Shown: positions 40,080-54,520, counted from the whole stretch's first letter. The stretch: 63,728 nt of DNA, filler included, from Octopus bimaculoides (GCF_001194135.2; 7 parts of 6 records of this genome joined end to end with filler, not necessarily neighbours in it); one strand, 5' to 3'. Notes: generated by a model from the sequence alone, not told the origin. Program-made: numbers and translations.

Positions 40080-41305
40080 ACATAGAAACAGCAATAGGAA
40101 TATAACATACCTGTATGTATGTATGTATGTATGTATATATATATACGCGCGCACAAAGATTTATACATATATATATACACACACACATACATGCTCATAC
40201 ACATACACACAAGCACACATATACACATACATATACAAACACATACGTAGACTTGCACACGCGCTCAAACACACACACACACATCGCTATAAATACGTAA
40301 ACAGCAATGACAGACGCAAAGACATTCTTTCTATCCATACCATACTACAGAGAGTGAGAGAGTGAAATAAAGAATGTAGGGAAGAGGGAGGAGGTAAAGA
40401 GTAAGAAAGAGTATAGGGAGAGAGAAAGAATGAGAGAATTTGAAAGAGAAGAGGAGAGAATGTAAGAGAGATAGAGAGAGAGAGGCAAGAGTTAGACAGT
40501 TCCACACCTCTAGAATGAACCAATGAGGTTTCCTCGAGATATTTAAAGTTGTCTGCTGCTTCTTTCATTATTATTTTTGTTGTTGTTGTTGTTGAGAATC
40601 TCCATCTCTCCACTTATAGTCATGACAACAACAACAACAACAACAATGTCGACAATTTGATACCCAACACTCAGTTAACGCCATAAATAGTGAAGGGATA
40701 AAATGAACTACAGGACAGCTTGCATACTCTTCTTACCTCACCTTTCTTCATTTCACTCACATCTCTCTCTTCCTCTTTCTTTCTCTTTCTCTCTCCCTCC
40801 CTCCCCTTATCTCTCGCTACCATTCCTTCTCCCTATCTCACTCCCTCTCTCATACACACATCCCCCTTACACGCAAATCTTTCTATCTCTCTCGCATACA
40901 TCTCTCTCTCTCTCTTTATCTCTCTCTCTTTATCTTTCTCTCATACACACCTTGCCCTTATACACACATCTCTTCCCCTCTCTCTCGTACACACAAACAC
41001 ACATCACTTTATCTCTTTCACATAAATCTTTCTGTTACTATCTTTCTCACACACACACACACACTCACGCACACATATCTCTTATACACACATGCATACA
41101 CATCTCTTACATACATACACACACGCACACGCACAAATCTCTTCCTCTTCCTTATTCCTCCATCTCGTCTTCCTTTTTCCATGTCTTTCTATCATGATTT
41201 CCTCTTCTCCTTTATTAACCTTTACGCACACTACTCCCCACTTTGTTTCTCACTCTCTGGTCTCAGCCTCTCCCTTCACCTACCTCTCTCCTTCGTAATT
41301 TCAAC

Positions 41306-41345
<40 letters not shown>

Positions 41346-41592
41346 CTTTTCCACCCATTCGCTTCTTTTCACCGCCTTCTCTTTCTTCCTATCTGTGTTT
41401 TACTCTCACTTTCTTTTCAGAACTTTATAAATGTATGTATATGTATGTGAGTATGCGTATGTTTGCGTGTATGTATATTGCAAATATATATGTGTGTGTG
41501 TGTACGTCTATGTATATGTGCGTGGATGAATGGATGGATGGATGGATGGATAAATGTTAAACACACTTATTTCTGCCTGATGCACATACGCA

Positions 41593-41639
<47 letters not shown>

Positions 41640-41856
41640 ACACAAACATATACCTGCAAATATTCATACATGTATATACACACACATACACGCTACACGT
41701 ATGTGCATGTCAACTATATATGTGCGCGGAGATATACATCAATTTATTTATATGGGTGGGTGGGTGTGTGTGCGTGTGTATGTATACATACATAGACACA
41801 CAAAACGCACAAGTGTGTTTGCATATACCATGTATGCTTGTGTTTATGTTTCTGTC

Positions 41857-41893
<37 letters not shown>

Positions 41894-42402
41894 CGTGTGC
41901 GTGTGTGTGCGTGCGTGTGTGTCCTCTCCCCCACACTAGCTTTCTTTCTTTCTTTCTTTCTTTCTTTCTCCTTCTCTCTCCTCTCTTTCTCTCTCTCTAG
42001 ACACACTCATTGGGAACGTACAAGAGAAAGAGGAAGGAAATAAGGGTGATGTAAGGGGTGGGGCACTGCTATCAGGCTGAGTTATTTAATATTCGGGTGG
42101 CTTTGCTAAATACGGAGATAAAAAGTTGCCTAACTCCACCTCAACTTGGCTTCGGGGAATTGCGGTGGCTCATATTTGGCACAGAATTCTAAACCATAAA
42201 TAACTTCAGCGATGGGGACCAATTCACACGCATGCGCACGAACACACACATCCACAAATACTCGCGGGCATACTCAAAAGCACACACAAAAATGCGCACA
42301 CACATACACATACACCCCTATCTACATATAATGTAAATACCAATCTCTTTATGTGCATGGCTATGTATATATAGAATGAGATAGATAGATGGACAGACAG
42401 AC

Positions 42403-42461
<59 letters not shown>

Positions 42462-42500
42462 GAGAGAGAGGCAGATAGACAAATAGAAAGAGAGACACAC
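40080..42500. repeat. Simple-sequence domain: (CA)n, (CT)n, (GATA)n, (GGAT)n
   Basis: Directly visible. Confidence 0.9.
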
Positions 42501-42863
42501 ATAGATGTGTGTATGTGTCTGTGTGTCAAAAACAAAAGAATCAATAACCCTTCTCGAGCCACTGGCTCAAAGCCGGTTTCCTGGAATTTGTGGAGTATTG
42601 TGTTCCCACACCCCTGGACAGAAGATCGGTCAGTTGTAGCATTTCTCACTTGCCAGTTAAGCGAACTATGGCAACTTGAAATGAATTGTTTTACAAAAGG
42701 ACAGGAATCGAAACCACAATCTTAAGAGTATAAGTACAATACTCTAACCACTATGTCACACACCACCACACATATGTATACACACATAAACACAAACATA
42801 CATACACACATACACACATACATACACACATACACACATACATACATACATACATACATACAT

Positions 42864-43030
42864 ACCCGTGATTGTTGGGGCATTGGGATATGTAACGAAC
42901 TGGCTCAACAAAAACCTGGAAAAATTAGGGTTCTCAAAACCTGAAAGAAAAAGGCTGATTAGAAGACTACAGATTCAAGCCATCAATGGAACTGTAAAGA
43001 TATGTAAAACTTTCCAAAAATTTAGCACAT
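42864..43030 (+). mobile_element. RLE LINE extreme 3' coding fragment
   Basis: IPVIVGALGYV..RLQIQAINGTVKICKTF*. Confidence 0.7.
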
Positions 43031-44991
43031 AAATACATATGCATGCATCTAGACATAAAAACGCATCCATAAAACAAACATACAAATCTGCGCATACACT
43101 AACACCAAATACTGCACACACACACATATGCACACATACCTAGATGATGTTGATAAAAGTTCCAATGAAGGAGCCTTGAATCTATGTTAGAGTCCGGCTC
43201 TTTCTCTATGGACAAGAAATACAGAAATGAAACTGATTGATAACATACATACATTCATTCATACATACNNNNNNNNNNNNNNNNNNNNNNNNNNNNNNNN
43301 NNNNNNNNNNNNTTAATTAATTAANNNNNNNNNNNNNNNNNNNNNNNNNNNNNNNNNNNNNNNNNNNNTTTTTTTTTTTTTTTTTTTTGCTATCCTTTTA
43401 TTTCATAGTCTGTAGGTAGTGTGTAGCCGAATGGTTAAGTTGTCCACTTTGCAACCACTAGGTCTTAAGTTCAATCTCATTCCTTGGCATCTTGAGCATT
43501 TGTCATTTTGCATAGTTCCAGGTTAACCCTTGCCTTCATCATCATCATCATCATCATCATCGTTTAACGTCCGCTTTCCATGCTGGCATGGGTTGGACAG
43601 TTTGACTGAGGACTGGCAAACCAAGAAGCTGCACCAGGCTCCAATCTTGTCTGGCAAAGTTTCTACAGCTGGATGCCCATCCCAACGCCAACCACTCTGA
43701 GAGTGTAATGGGTGCTTTTTACGTGCCACCGGCACGAGGGCCAGTCAGGCGGTACTGGCATTGACCATGCTTGTATGGTGCTTTTTACGTGCCACCAGCA
43801 TGGAAGCCAGTGAGGCAGCACTGGCAATGATCACGCTCAAATGGTGCTTTTTGCGTATCACCAGCACGGGACCAGTTTGTAAATTCCTATCCCTGATCTT
43901 CTTTCCAGCTCCTCACATCCACCCCTTATCTAATGCTTGTCCCCCTGAGTGGTTCTGTGGTAAGTAGCTTGCTTACCAACCACATGGCTCTGGGTTCACT
44001 CCCACTGCATGACACCTTCTACTATAGCCTCGGGCTGACCAAAGCCTTGAGAGTGGATTTGGGAGACGGAAACTGAAAGAAGCCCATCATATATATATAT
44101 ATACGTGTGTTTGTGTGTGTGTTTGTCACCCCTACCATCGCTTGACAACTGATGTTGGTTGTTTACGTCCCCATAACTTAGAGGTTCAGCAAAAGAGACT
44201 GATAGAATAAGTATTGGGCTTAGAAAGGATAAGTCCTGGGTTTGATTTCTTCGACTAAAGGCGGTGCTCCAGCATGGCTGCACTCAAATGACTGAAACGA
44301 ATAAAAGAATGGCATACTTTAGCCTTCAAACATAAAGCCACCCCCTTCACCGCTCTTAACCCCCCCCCACTCAGGCCTGGGAGCTTTTTCCATCTCTTCT
44401 CTTGTCTTGTGAGTTATGACTTCTTGTGCTGGTAGTACAAAAAAAAAAAGAAAGAAAAGCAAAAGCAAAAAGAAAAAAAGCACCCAGCACACTGTATAGA
44501 GTGATTGGCATTAGGAAAGATGTCCAGTCATAGAAGCCATACCAAAGCTGAAATTGGAGTCCCACACAGTCCTGCAGCTTGTTAGATCTGGTCAAACCAT
44601 CCTAACCGGATATTAAATGAGAATGAGGATGCTGATGATGAATATAAAGAAAAAAGATTCACAGCTGCAGTTCTTAATTTAAATTTTAACAGATTGGTGT
44701 GTTAAAAATTAGCCTGGTGATTCACATTGGCCATGTATGTTGTGTGTTTTCAATCAATGTATGTGTATGTGTGTGTATATCCATCCATCCATCCATTCAT
44801 CCATCCATCCATCCATCCATCCATCAATCAGTCAATCAGTCAGTCAGTCAGTCAGTCAGTCAGAACTGAAGGTATTAGAAATTGATGAGTCAGAGTCAGT
44901 TTTGTGAACTGACTCCTTAGTCCTGGTTTTAGTTTGGAAAATTACTATTTGTAACTCTCGCAACGAAAGATATTCAGAAAAACAGTACTTT

Positions 44992-45216
44992 GGAGTCAAG
45001 ATTGTTTGCCAACATAACATGACAGTCCTGGTTTAGGATGAATGTTGCTGTAATTTAGCCCCAGGGGACATCATCTCCAGCTGGCTATATGATAAATATA
45101 AGGACACAGACGGTGTCGTATAGCCAGCTGGAGATGTTGTCTCCTGGGGCTAAATGACAGCAACATTTGTCCTAAACCAGGACTGCCATGTTATGTTGGC
45201 AAAAAATCTTGACTCC
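44992..45216. repeat. Near-perfect palindromic (foldback) element; second copy 51963-52204
   Basis: Arms of about 100 bp: GGAGTCAAGATT..CAGCTGGCTATATGA and TCGTATAGCCAGCTG..AATCTTGACTCC. Confidence 0.9.
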
Positions 45217-45483
45217 TGGTTTTAGTTTGTTTGCAATATCTGTGGGAAGCCCAATAGTAGATGAGGTTGTTGTTTTGCGAACATAATCTGGAACTGTTGT
45301 TAATAGCCACACTCTCTACGTGGTTAGAGTTTATATTTTCTTTCATCGTTATAATAAACACACACTAGAAAGTGTAAACAGAAATCCATGTTTTTCTAAA
45401 CAGTAATATAAACGTAGACCTAGCTATGTCATGTGCTCTAGGACTCATAAGGCTGAAGTTGAACTCAGTTTGCAAGGCATATA

Positions 45484-45922
45484 TGAGGGGTTACTGAAAA
45501 GTTCCTGGGTTTAAGGGTATTGTGGAAGGCCTGGTTGGAGGCTCAACCTTCCGAGTTCTTTTACAGGGCTTAGAAAAACTTAAAGGCCACTGTACTGTGG
45601 TAAGTGTGTGAATCTGAGAAGGGAATATGTTTAGTAAAATCATAATTAACTGATTTAGGTATTTTCTTTAGGTATTTTCTTTTACCTAAAGCAGGGGTCC
45701 CCAAACTTTTTAGACCATCGACCCCTTTATGGAATCCCTGACTCCTCATCGACCCTCAGGCATGTACAAGAAAATAATTAAATAATAATAATAATTAAGT
45801 AGATGTGCATTTATCGACCCCTTGAATAGTCCCATTGACCCCTGGGGACGGTGGGGGGGGATTGGTATCGACCATCTTGGAGACCCCTGACCTACAGTAA
45901 GGAACTTTTCAGCACCCCCTTG
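45484..45922. mobile_element. Mariner-type MITE (TA TSD) containing a nested hAT MITE at 45692-45889
   Basis: Outer TIRs GAGGGG..CTGAAAAGTTCCT; inner TIRs CAGGGGTCCCCAA and TTGGAGACCCCTG with 8-bp TSD ACCTAAAG/ACCTACAG. Confidence 0.85.
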
Positions 45923-48900
45923 TAAGTGACTGGGGTGACATACTTCCCTACTGCACAGGATGCCAGACTATCGCAGGGTTAACTTCTTGGTTATTGGGCG
46001 GGGCGGACAGGGTGTGGATCTCATTTACAGCTGAATGGGCTGGAACAGTGTGAAATGAAATGTTTTGCTCAAGAATGAAGTACACTGCCTGGTTGAGGAA
46101 TTGAAACCATGATCTTATGGTCATGAATTCAACCCTTAACCACCAGATCACAATAATATTACTTTGTACAATTAAAGTTAATTATCTGCAGTAGATTACC
46201 ACACGGTTGTTTTCATAATTTGTATATTACGTTACTATTTAGTGAACAGAGAAGCCTTAAGATATATGTATATAGATATGTGTATATATGTTCTGTGTAT
46301 CTTAAATATAAGTTAACCTTTGCATACAAGTTATTTCTCAATTGTGAGAATTAATTAAGTTCTGGAATGTTACTGAAGAAAAGATTATCATAAGTTTTAG
46401 CATCCTCTGAAAATATTGGCCCCAAATTATTGAAAAATATGTTGATGATTGTTGCTTTAAACCCATGCCACAAAACTTGGCCTAAATTTAGTTATGCTGA
46501 GTAAAGCTTTAGAATTACGCAATTATTGACACAGAGATAAGGGCACTGGACAGGATAAAATTGTCCTAGTTTAGGATTGTGTTGTGTTAAGTTGAAATTC
46601 TAGTAAAAAAATCAGCTCAATTGCACTTGAAATTGTGAAAGTGTTCTCTTATGTTGCTGGAATGAATATTTGGATAAAGGTTTATCTTGGCATTTGGTAC
46701 TCATTTATAGTTTGGGCAAATACCCAGACAAAGAATGAATACAAAGATTATCTGAATAGTTTTGGTATTTAATTCAGTGCTTCAGTGCTGGTGGTATTTT
46801 TATGTGTCAATAATCTTCTTTGTGTTTTGGTTTCAATATAGAAGCAGAACAAATATATGAATTTAATGAAATAAGCAAAACAAAACAAATGTTAAAAAAA
46901 TATTTAAAATATACCGAACAAAGACCTCGAAATCTGTTGTAGTCGGCAAATTATATTATCTTTTGTTCTGCGTTCATTACATAAGTTTTTATATTCATTT
47001 ATTCATAAATCTGATCACTGGTCTGTTACAGGCTTTCTATGCTATATTTATTACCTAATTAGCTTTCATCTTTTCCAGTCTTAATTTTTTTTTTATTATT
47101 GCCATAGCTAAAAAATTCCAAGCATATAGTTTGAATTATTAGAAAAATATTGTGGTTTGTTCCACGCAACTGAAATATATTTCAAGCGTGCTCCAGCATG
47201 GCTACAGTCAAATGACTGAACCAAATAAAATTTCAGTAATTAGCCGTCGATGTTGACAATATTTTTGACCCATCTAATAAAATGCATTACAGACCTTACC
47301 ATTTCCTTCTGCGTTCTGCTTGATGTTCATGTTATCTTAACCCACTCACTGTCATATTCAGCTCATCTCAAATATTTTTCAAATATAGTAATCTACCAGC
47401 TTCATTCCGGCTGATGTTGTTGATAGTTTGATAGTGTTTTAAAACCCACACACACTACTACGAAATTGTCTGGCATCTGGCATAATGCCTGTGTCCTATA
47501 TTTTTTTTATAATGCAGAGTCCTTGTTATTTTTTTTTGTGTGTGTGTTTGTGTTTGTTGTCATCGTATAAGTTGTATAAGTACTAAAATAATATATGTGC
47601 TCTTGGAGTCAAAGACTATGTTCTTAATCTTTAAAGCAGAGAGAGTTTATAAATATGCATCGATATATATATATATATATATAAATATAAAGTAGATGTT
47701 TCTCTGTCATCACTTTGAGGTTTCCAGTCTTTCATGAAAAGAAAAGAAAAATATATATATATATACTTTTAAAGATGTTTAATCTGACGAAAAGCCAAGA
47801 AGAGATTTTAAAATACAGCAGAAAGTAATTTTGCTAAAAATAATTTAAAAATAAAATATACGTAAAAACTTTGCAAAGTAATGTCTCAGTTTATTTTTAA
47901 ATGTAAAAGTTTCAGAAAGTTGTAAAAGGTTTAAAAGATTTATTTTATTTTATTATTGAGTTCATTACATTTGGACCTNNNNNNNNNNGGCCGAAGTTTT
48001 TTGGGAGGTGGGGGGCAGTTGATTAGATCGACCCTAGTATGCAACTGGTACTTAATTTATTGACCTTGAAAGGATGAAAGGCAAAGTCGACCTCAGCAGA
48101 ATTTGAACTCAGAACATAAAGACTGACAAGATACCGCTAAGCATTTCGCCCGGCGTGCTAACGTTTCTGCCAGCTCACCGCCTTTCGTTGATAAATAATC
48201 TTTTCTACTCTAGGCACAAGGCCTGAAATTTTTGGGATGTGGTGGTGCATACCCCAGTATGCTATTGGTACTTAATTTATCGACCCTGAAAGGATGAAAG
48301 GCAAAGTCAACCTCGGCGGAATTTGAACTCAGAACGTAATGACAGACGAAATAACGATAACCATTTCGCCCGCCTTGTTGTGCTTGAAAAGACATGTCAT
48401 GTTAACTGACAGTCTTATCAAAGCTCCACTGATTCTTTCGGTTACTTCTTTCTCTTCCAGGGTTGACCCCTATTGTCTTGTCTACATTCCACAAGAGTTG
48501 GTGACTGCTTCTTCTTATGCTCCACATATGATCAGCCTTCATTTTTTTGTCTCCCTACATATCACAACTGTATGATGTTGCTGTAGTGGAGGCGCAATGG
48601 CCCAGTGGTTAGGGCAGCGGACTCACGGTCATAGGATCGCAGTTTTGATTCCCAGACCAGGCATTGTGAGAGTTTATTGAGTGAAAACACCCAAAACTCC
48701 ACAAGGCTCCGGCAGGGGATGGTGGCGAACCCTGCTGTACTCTTCCACCACAACTTTCTCTCGCTCTTACTTCCTGTTTCTGTTGTGCTTGTAATTCAAA
48801 GGGTCAGCCTTGTCACACTGTGTCACGCTGAATATCCCCGAGAACTACAGTAAGGGCACACGGTGTCTGTGGAGTGCTCAGCCACTTGCACATTAATTTC

Positions 48901-49407
48901 NNNNNNNNNNNNNNNNNNNNNNNNNNNNNNNNNNNNNNNNNNNNNNNNNNNNNNNNNNNNNNNNNNNNNNNNNNNNNNNNNNNNNNNNNNNNNNNNNNNN
49001 NNNNNNNNNNNNNNNNNNNNNNNNNNNNNNNNNNNNNNNNNNNNNNNNNNNNNNNNNNNNNNNNNNNNNNNNNNNNNNNNNNNNNNNNNNNNNNNNNNNN
49101 NNNNNNNNNNNNNNNNNNNNNNNNNNNNNNNNNNNNNAGTTCACAATTGTATTCCACTGTGAACTTACAGCAAAGAAACTTCAGAAGAAAGAAAAATAAC
49201 AATATTTAATGGAGTGGTGTTTTATTTTTGGTTGTTGTTTGTTTTCAGTTTTCCTTTGCTTTTCAATGTCCAGAGTTCTATATTTGGTGACAAAAGATTG
49301 CTTTGACCTTTTACAGAATGGCACAAAGCTTTGAGAATGCAATAAAACCATAGCTTTCCTTTAGCTAGAGTTTTTACTGCTAAACATTATTTCTAGCTTC
49401 TCTGTTC

Positions 49408-49950
49408 TTGACGTCTCTCTGTCTCTCTTTTCCTCTGTCTCTCTTTTCTTCTGTCTCTCTTTTCCTCTGTCTCTCTGTCTCTTCCTCTCTTTCTGTGTCT
49501 GTCTGTCTGTCTCTCTCTGTCTGTCTCTATTTTTCTCTCTGTCTGTCTGTCTCTCTTTTCCTCTTTCTCTGTCTGTTTGTCTGTCCTTATCTCTCTTTTC
49601 CTCTCTTTCTCTGTCTATCTCTGTCTGTCTCTGTCTGTCTGTCTCTGTCTGTCTGTCTCTGTCTGTCTGTCTCTGTCTGTCTGTCTCTGTCTGTCTGTCT
49701 CTGTCTGTCTGTCTCTGTCTGTCTGTCTCTGTCTGTCTGTCTCTGTCTGTCTGTCTCTGTCTGTCTGTCTCTGTCTGTCTGTCTCTGTCTGTCTGTCTCT
49801 GTCTGTCTGTCTCTGTCTGTCTGTCTCTGTCTGTCTGTCTCTGTCTGTCTGTCTGTCTTTCTGTCTCTCTCTCTCTTTCTCTCTTGTTCTATGTGTCTCT
49901 CTTGTTCTATGTGTCTCTCTTTGTCTCTCTATCCCTGTCTCTGTTTTTCT
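49408..49950. repeat. (CTGT/CT)n low-complexity tract with a 14-bp tandem core
   Basis: Directly visible. Confidence 0.9.
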
Positions 49951-50175
49951 CTCATGCCATACCATAATCCTTGTGTTTGTTGTTATTGTTCTTGTTATTT
50001 TGCTCTGGGTTGGATGATGAAAAGCCTTCCAGTCATGACCATCCCATCTGTTGTCATCCATCATGCATCATATTACAATATTATCCAATGGAATTTTAGC
50101 TATCTTTGTCAAGTGATGGTGGGGGGGGGGCAAACANNNNNNNNNNNNNNNNNNNNNNNNCACACACACACACAC

Positions 50176-50209
<34 letters not shown>

Positions 50210-52701
50210 CGGGCTTCTTTCAGTTTCCGTCTACCAAATCCACTCACAAGGTTTTGGTTGGCCTGAGGCTATAGTAGTGTGAAGGTATAAGGCTAAATGA
50301 TTAGGCTGTTAGGCTCTCAATAAAAAGGCTACAGTTTCAATTCTTGGGCCAGGCAGCACATTGTAACCTTGAGCAAGGCACTTCATTCCACATTGCTCTA
50401 ATCCATTCAGTTAAAAATGCATATCAGTCAATTGCTTAAGCTGCTCTTCCTCTCCCTCCAGCTCACATATTGTTGATGTTGTGCTGATTCAGAGGGTCAC
50501 CAGCATGAAAGACTGCCTGTGTCTGTTTTGTGACTACTCAAATACCTAAAACAATTAGCAAAGTCATCATACATCCGACAATGCTACGGGGCTGTATTCA
50601 CTTGCAAGAGATGGCTATGTTTTTTTCTTTCTTTTGGTTTACATAAATAAATACTTTCAGTGTTGTAAGAAATTGCAATAAATTAAATTCAGTAACTTGT
50701 TATTTTGTGTTTTATAAATGTATTGTATATCTATCTATCACTCACCGAGTGTTCATTGCTGTTTATCAGGAGGGCAAAGTTCTACACTTGCTGTAAGATA
50801 TGTGAAGTTGTTCTCTTGGTGGTGCAGACTGCTGACACCAATGCCAGGCAAATAGTTGGACAACAATTTCTCTCTAGCTTGCTTATTTGTTACTTTGGAA
50901 ACAAAACAACACAAGACAAAAAAGAAAAAAAAATCCTCCAAAACAAATAAGACCCTGCCCCACCAAATCCCCACAGAGGGTCGCTCACAAATGAGTTTGG
51001 CTTAATAGCACATACCATGCTTTCGGTAATTGCTTTAGGCACCCATATAGTCATGTGTAGACACTGATGTGTGTATGTAGACATGTTTAGACAAGGCTCT
51101 CAGCCTTCCCACTCCTTGACCTAATGAAACATTGAGGATGTGAGAGCCAGAGAAATAAAGGGCTGCCCCAACACTGGGCTGGTGGTCATATTTAGCTGAG
51201 TAGACTGAAACAACATGAAATGAAGTGCCTTGCTCAAGGGTACAACACATTGATCAGTTCAAGAATCAAACCTATGTCCGTTATGATCATAAGCTGAACA
51301 ACCACTCATAGTGATAAGAGTGGTTAGGATGGGTCTGATCAGCAAGACCTTTGACCAAGAGCCTTCAAGCTACAATCCCATTTTTTTAAAAGAAGACTAT
51401 CTTTTACTATAATATAATAAGTCCTTTTTTTTTTAAAGACAGTAGGATGTGTTATATGATAGATTTGGTTGCTACTTTTAATAGGTTGAATGCTCAGATA
51501 GAAGCTTCCAGATTGGGAATTAGACTTGTAGCTCATTACATGTAATGGGGCAGTCTATAAATCCAGCAAGCCAAAATTTACATGTGGGTCAATATGTTAG
51601 TCTTCACTTGTCTTGAATATTACAAGAAGAGTTTATAATTCTTCAGTTAAAGATTGTAATGAGATGTTTCTACAGGGCCTTGACTCTTATAGCAGTGACT
51701 ACTACATAGATATGTTGTCATTTGGTTATCTGACACTCTAGATCAAAAAGTTTTAAGGGCTGTATACACTTCGTGAATTGGCCCTGATGCATAATACACC
51801 TGATATTAATTTTATAGACTGATAGAAGTTAGACAGAGTTTATGATAAGTGTGGTTTGATCTCAGGATCTAAAGGAATAAATTTAGATAAACTCAGATGT
51901 CTTGGAAAATTACTAATTGTAAATCTCACGAGAGATATTCAGCAACAGTACTTTGGAGTAAAGATTGTTTGCCAACATAACATGGCAGTCCTGGTTTAGG
52001 ATGAATATTGCTGTAATTTATCCCCAGGAGTCATCGTCTCCAGCTGGCTATACAACATGATCTGTGTCCTTATATTTTCAAACAAGGGAATATATAAGGA
52101 CACAGATTGTGTCGTATAGTCAGCTGGAGACGATGTCTCCTAGGGCTAAATTACAGGAACATTAGTCCTAAACTAGGACTGCCATGTTATGTTAGCAAAC
52201 AATCAGATGTCTTGTCTTGGATTTTACCATTCCTGTCATCCACACAACCCATTGCTTCATACCTATATTTATTAAAAGATACCAAATTGAACTGAGCCGA
52301 AATGGTGCAGGGTTTGAAAGGACTTTTTAGTCTTGCTGAAGGCGAAACGATACCTATAGTGCTGGTGCCACAAAAAATGTACCCAACACACTATGTAAAG
52401 TGGCCACTGTCAGGAAGGGCATCCAACTCTAGTAACCACAATCAGAATGGAGACATTGGAGCAAGATGTGGTCCTTCAACTTTCTGGATCCTATTGAACT
52501 GTCCAACCCATGACAGCTTGAAATAACGGTGGTGGTGGTGGTGGTGATTATGATGTTTCATTGAAATATATACTATTATTTGTTTTAAAAATATTTCATG
52601 AAGCTAATTATACTTGTTTTTCTATTTTGTTAGGCCTGCACAATTTAATGGTATAACTGTCATCAGAAGGTTTGTTAAGTTAGCCAAGTGAAACTCTTAC
52701 A

Positions 52702-52827
52702 ATGTTTCACCAAGGACATTCTCACGCGTTAGCCCCTATCTTGGCTAAAAAACTTCTGGACACCTTACAAACGGATCTTCGGCAGTTGTCTTCTGAGGCC
52801 AAAAGAAAATTCCCCAGTGTTAAAGAG
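52702..52827 (+). CDS. MON2: MON2 (ARF-GEF-related endosome/Golgi trafficking protein), first coding exon; exon starts at 52634
   Basis: MFHQGHSHALAPILAKKLLDTLQTDLRQLSSEAKRKFPSVKE|GTAT matches the MON2 N-terminus as I recall it (human [27 protein letters not shown]). TTGTTAG| acceptor at 52633. Confidence 0.88.
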
Positions 52828-54249
52828 GTATTTATGTTTTCTTCCAGCTTTTTTTTTTATTAATATAATCGATTGATATTTTTCTTTCTTTATTTTCCTT
52901 TTTTTTTTCTTTTATCATTTTTCACCTACACTGATGTATATATTCATTCTCGACACGTTCTGGCAGATTCACATGGGAATATTCTTAGTGCTGTTGTAGT
53001 TCACCTTTAAAGAACAACTTTACCCTTCATATGATGTGTGTTGACAGGACATGTGATTCAGTGACATAGGGGGGTCTTTGAGACACTGGTATTTTGACAT
53101 CATTGTGTCTCTTCACTCAAAGCAACCCCACCGCCCTGGAGCCCTGGTTGTTCTTGTTTATAGAATTCAGTTAAAACATTGCTGACATATGATATCTTCT
53201 AAGTTGATGGTAAATCATTAGAAGCACATAAAACAGCGAGAGTCAAAACGATAATGTGTTTTTATTCTTAACATGTTCTGGCAGATTTAAATGGGAATTT
53301 GCTTATGAAGAACAGCTTCTTTTAGACCATGTGTATTGACAACACACATGGTTTAGTGACATAAGGGGACACTGAAGAGAGCTCCATAACTCAGATGTTT
53401 GAAGAAAGCAACTACAAGAGTAGAAACACTTCTTACAAGAGGGGCTCAAAACTTGTGAAAGAATGAGGATTAGTAGAAAAGTGATTGACTGGATTAGTAG
53501 AAAAGTAATTGGCTGGATTAGTAACCTTTAGAGGAGAATCAGGACAAGAAAGTGCAACAGGACAGTGGCTGTGGAATTATTTATAAAACAGAAATAAATA
53601 AGCCATGTCCTGGTGATGTGAGGGGTTTGAAGTTTGAAATAGAGTAAAGTTTGGTAGAGCAACAGCCATGGAAGTGTTTATGGAATAAAAATAATGAAGC
53701 AATGTCTCTGTGATGAGAAGGATGAAACCATGTTTCTCTCTCTCATCCTCGTGAACAGAGAAGGGTTGAGGATTAGTTTTAAAGAAGAAATACAAAGAAA
53801 GATACAGGCTCTGGAAATGAAATGTTACCACAAAATCTCAGACATCTCATGCTTGTAGAGCAATTTTGCAAAACCATTCAATGTCTTATTGTCTCACTTG
53901 ACGAGCTCATAATGGTGAAGGAAAGAAAGCTGAGATGGTGTGGCCAGCTCAGTGGCCACTGAGATGGCCACAAGCTCCACTGGTCTTGTATAGACTATTC
54001 TTCCAGGTACCTTGAAGAGGTTAAAGGAGAAGATGTGGACAGAGGAAAAGATGGTTGGCTTTCATCAAGAAATGAATACAGAAATACGAGTAAAGAAACA
54101 GGCTTTGGCACACAACCATGACGGTCCTTGCTGAGCTAAGCCAAGCAAGGATATTTGGTGAAGATTTAGCTTGTATATTATAGTAAATTTGATTTGTATT
54201 TCATATTGTAAAAATTAGTCATTTGTTTATTACATACATTAAATACATT

Positions 54250-54520
54250 GGTTTCAAATTTTGGCACAAGGCCAGTAATTTATGGGGAGCGGGCTAAGTC
54301 GATTACATTTTATTGACTCCGAAAGGATGAAAGGCAAAGTCAACCTCGGCAGAATTTGAACTCAGAACATAAAAAACAGATGAAATGTTGCTAAGCATTT
54401 TGCCAGGTGTGCTAACGATTCTGCCAAGTGTGCTAACGATTCTGCCAGGTGTGCTAACAATTCTGCCAGGTGTGCTAATGATTCTGCCAGGTGTACTAAC
54501 AATTCTGCCAGCTCGCCACC
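54250..54520 (-). mobile_element. SINE family A with a five-fold internal 21-bp tandem expansion (54401-54505)
   Basis: Unit TGCCAGGTGTGCTAACGATTC x5. Confidence 0.85.
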
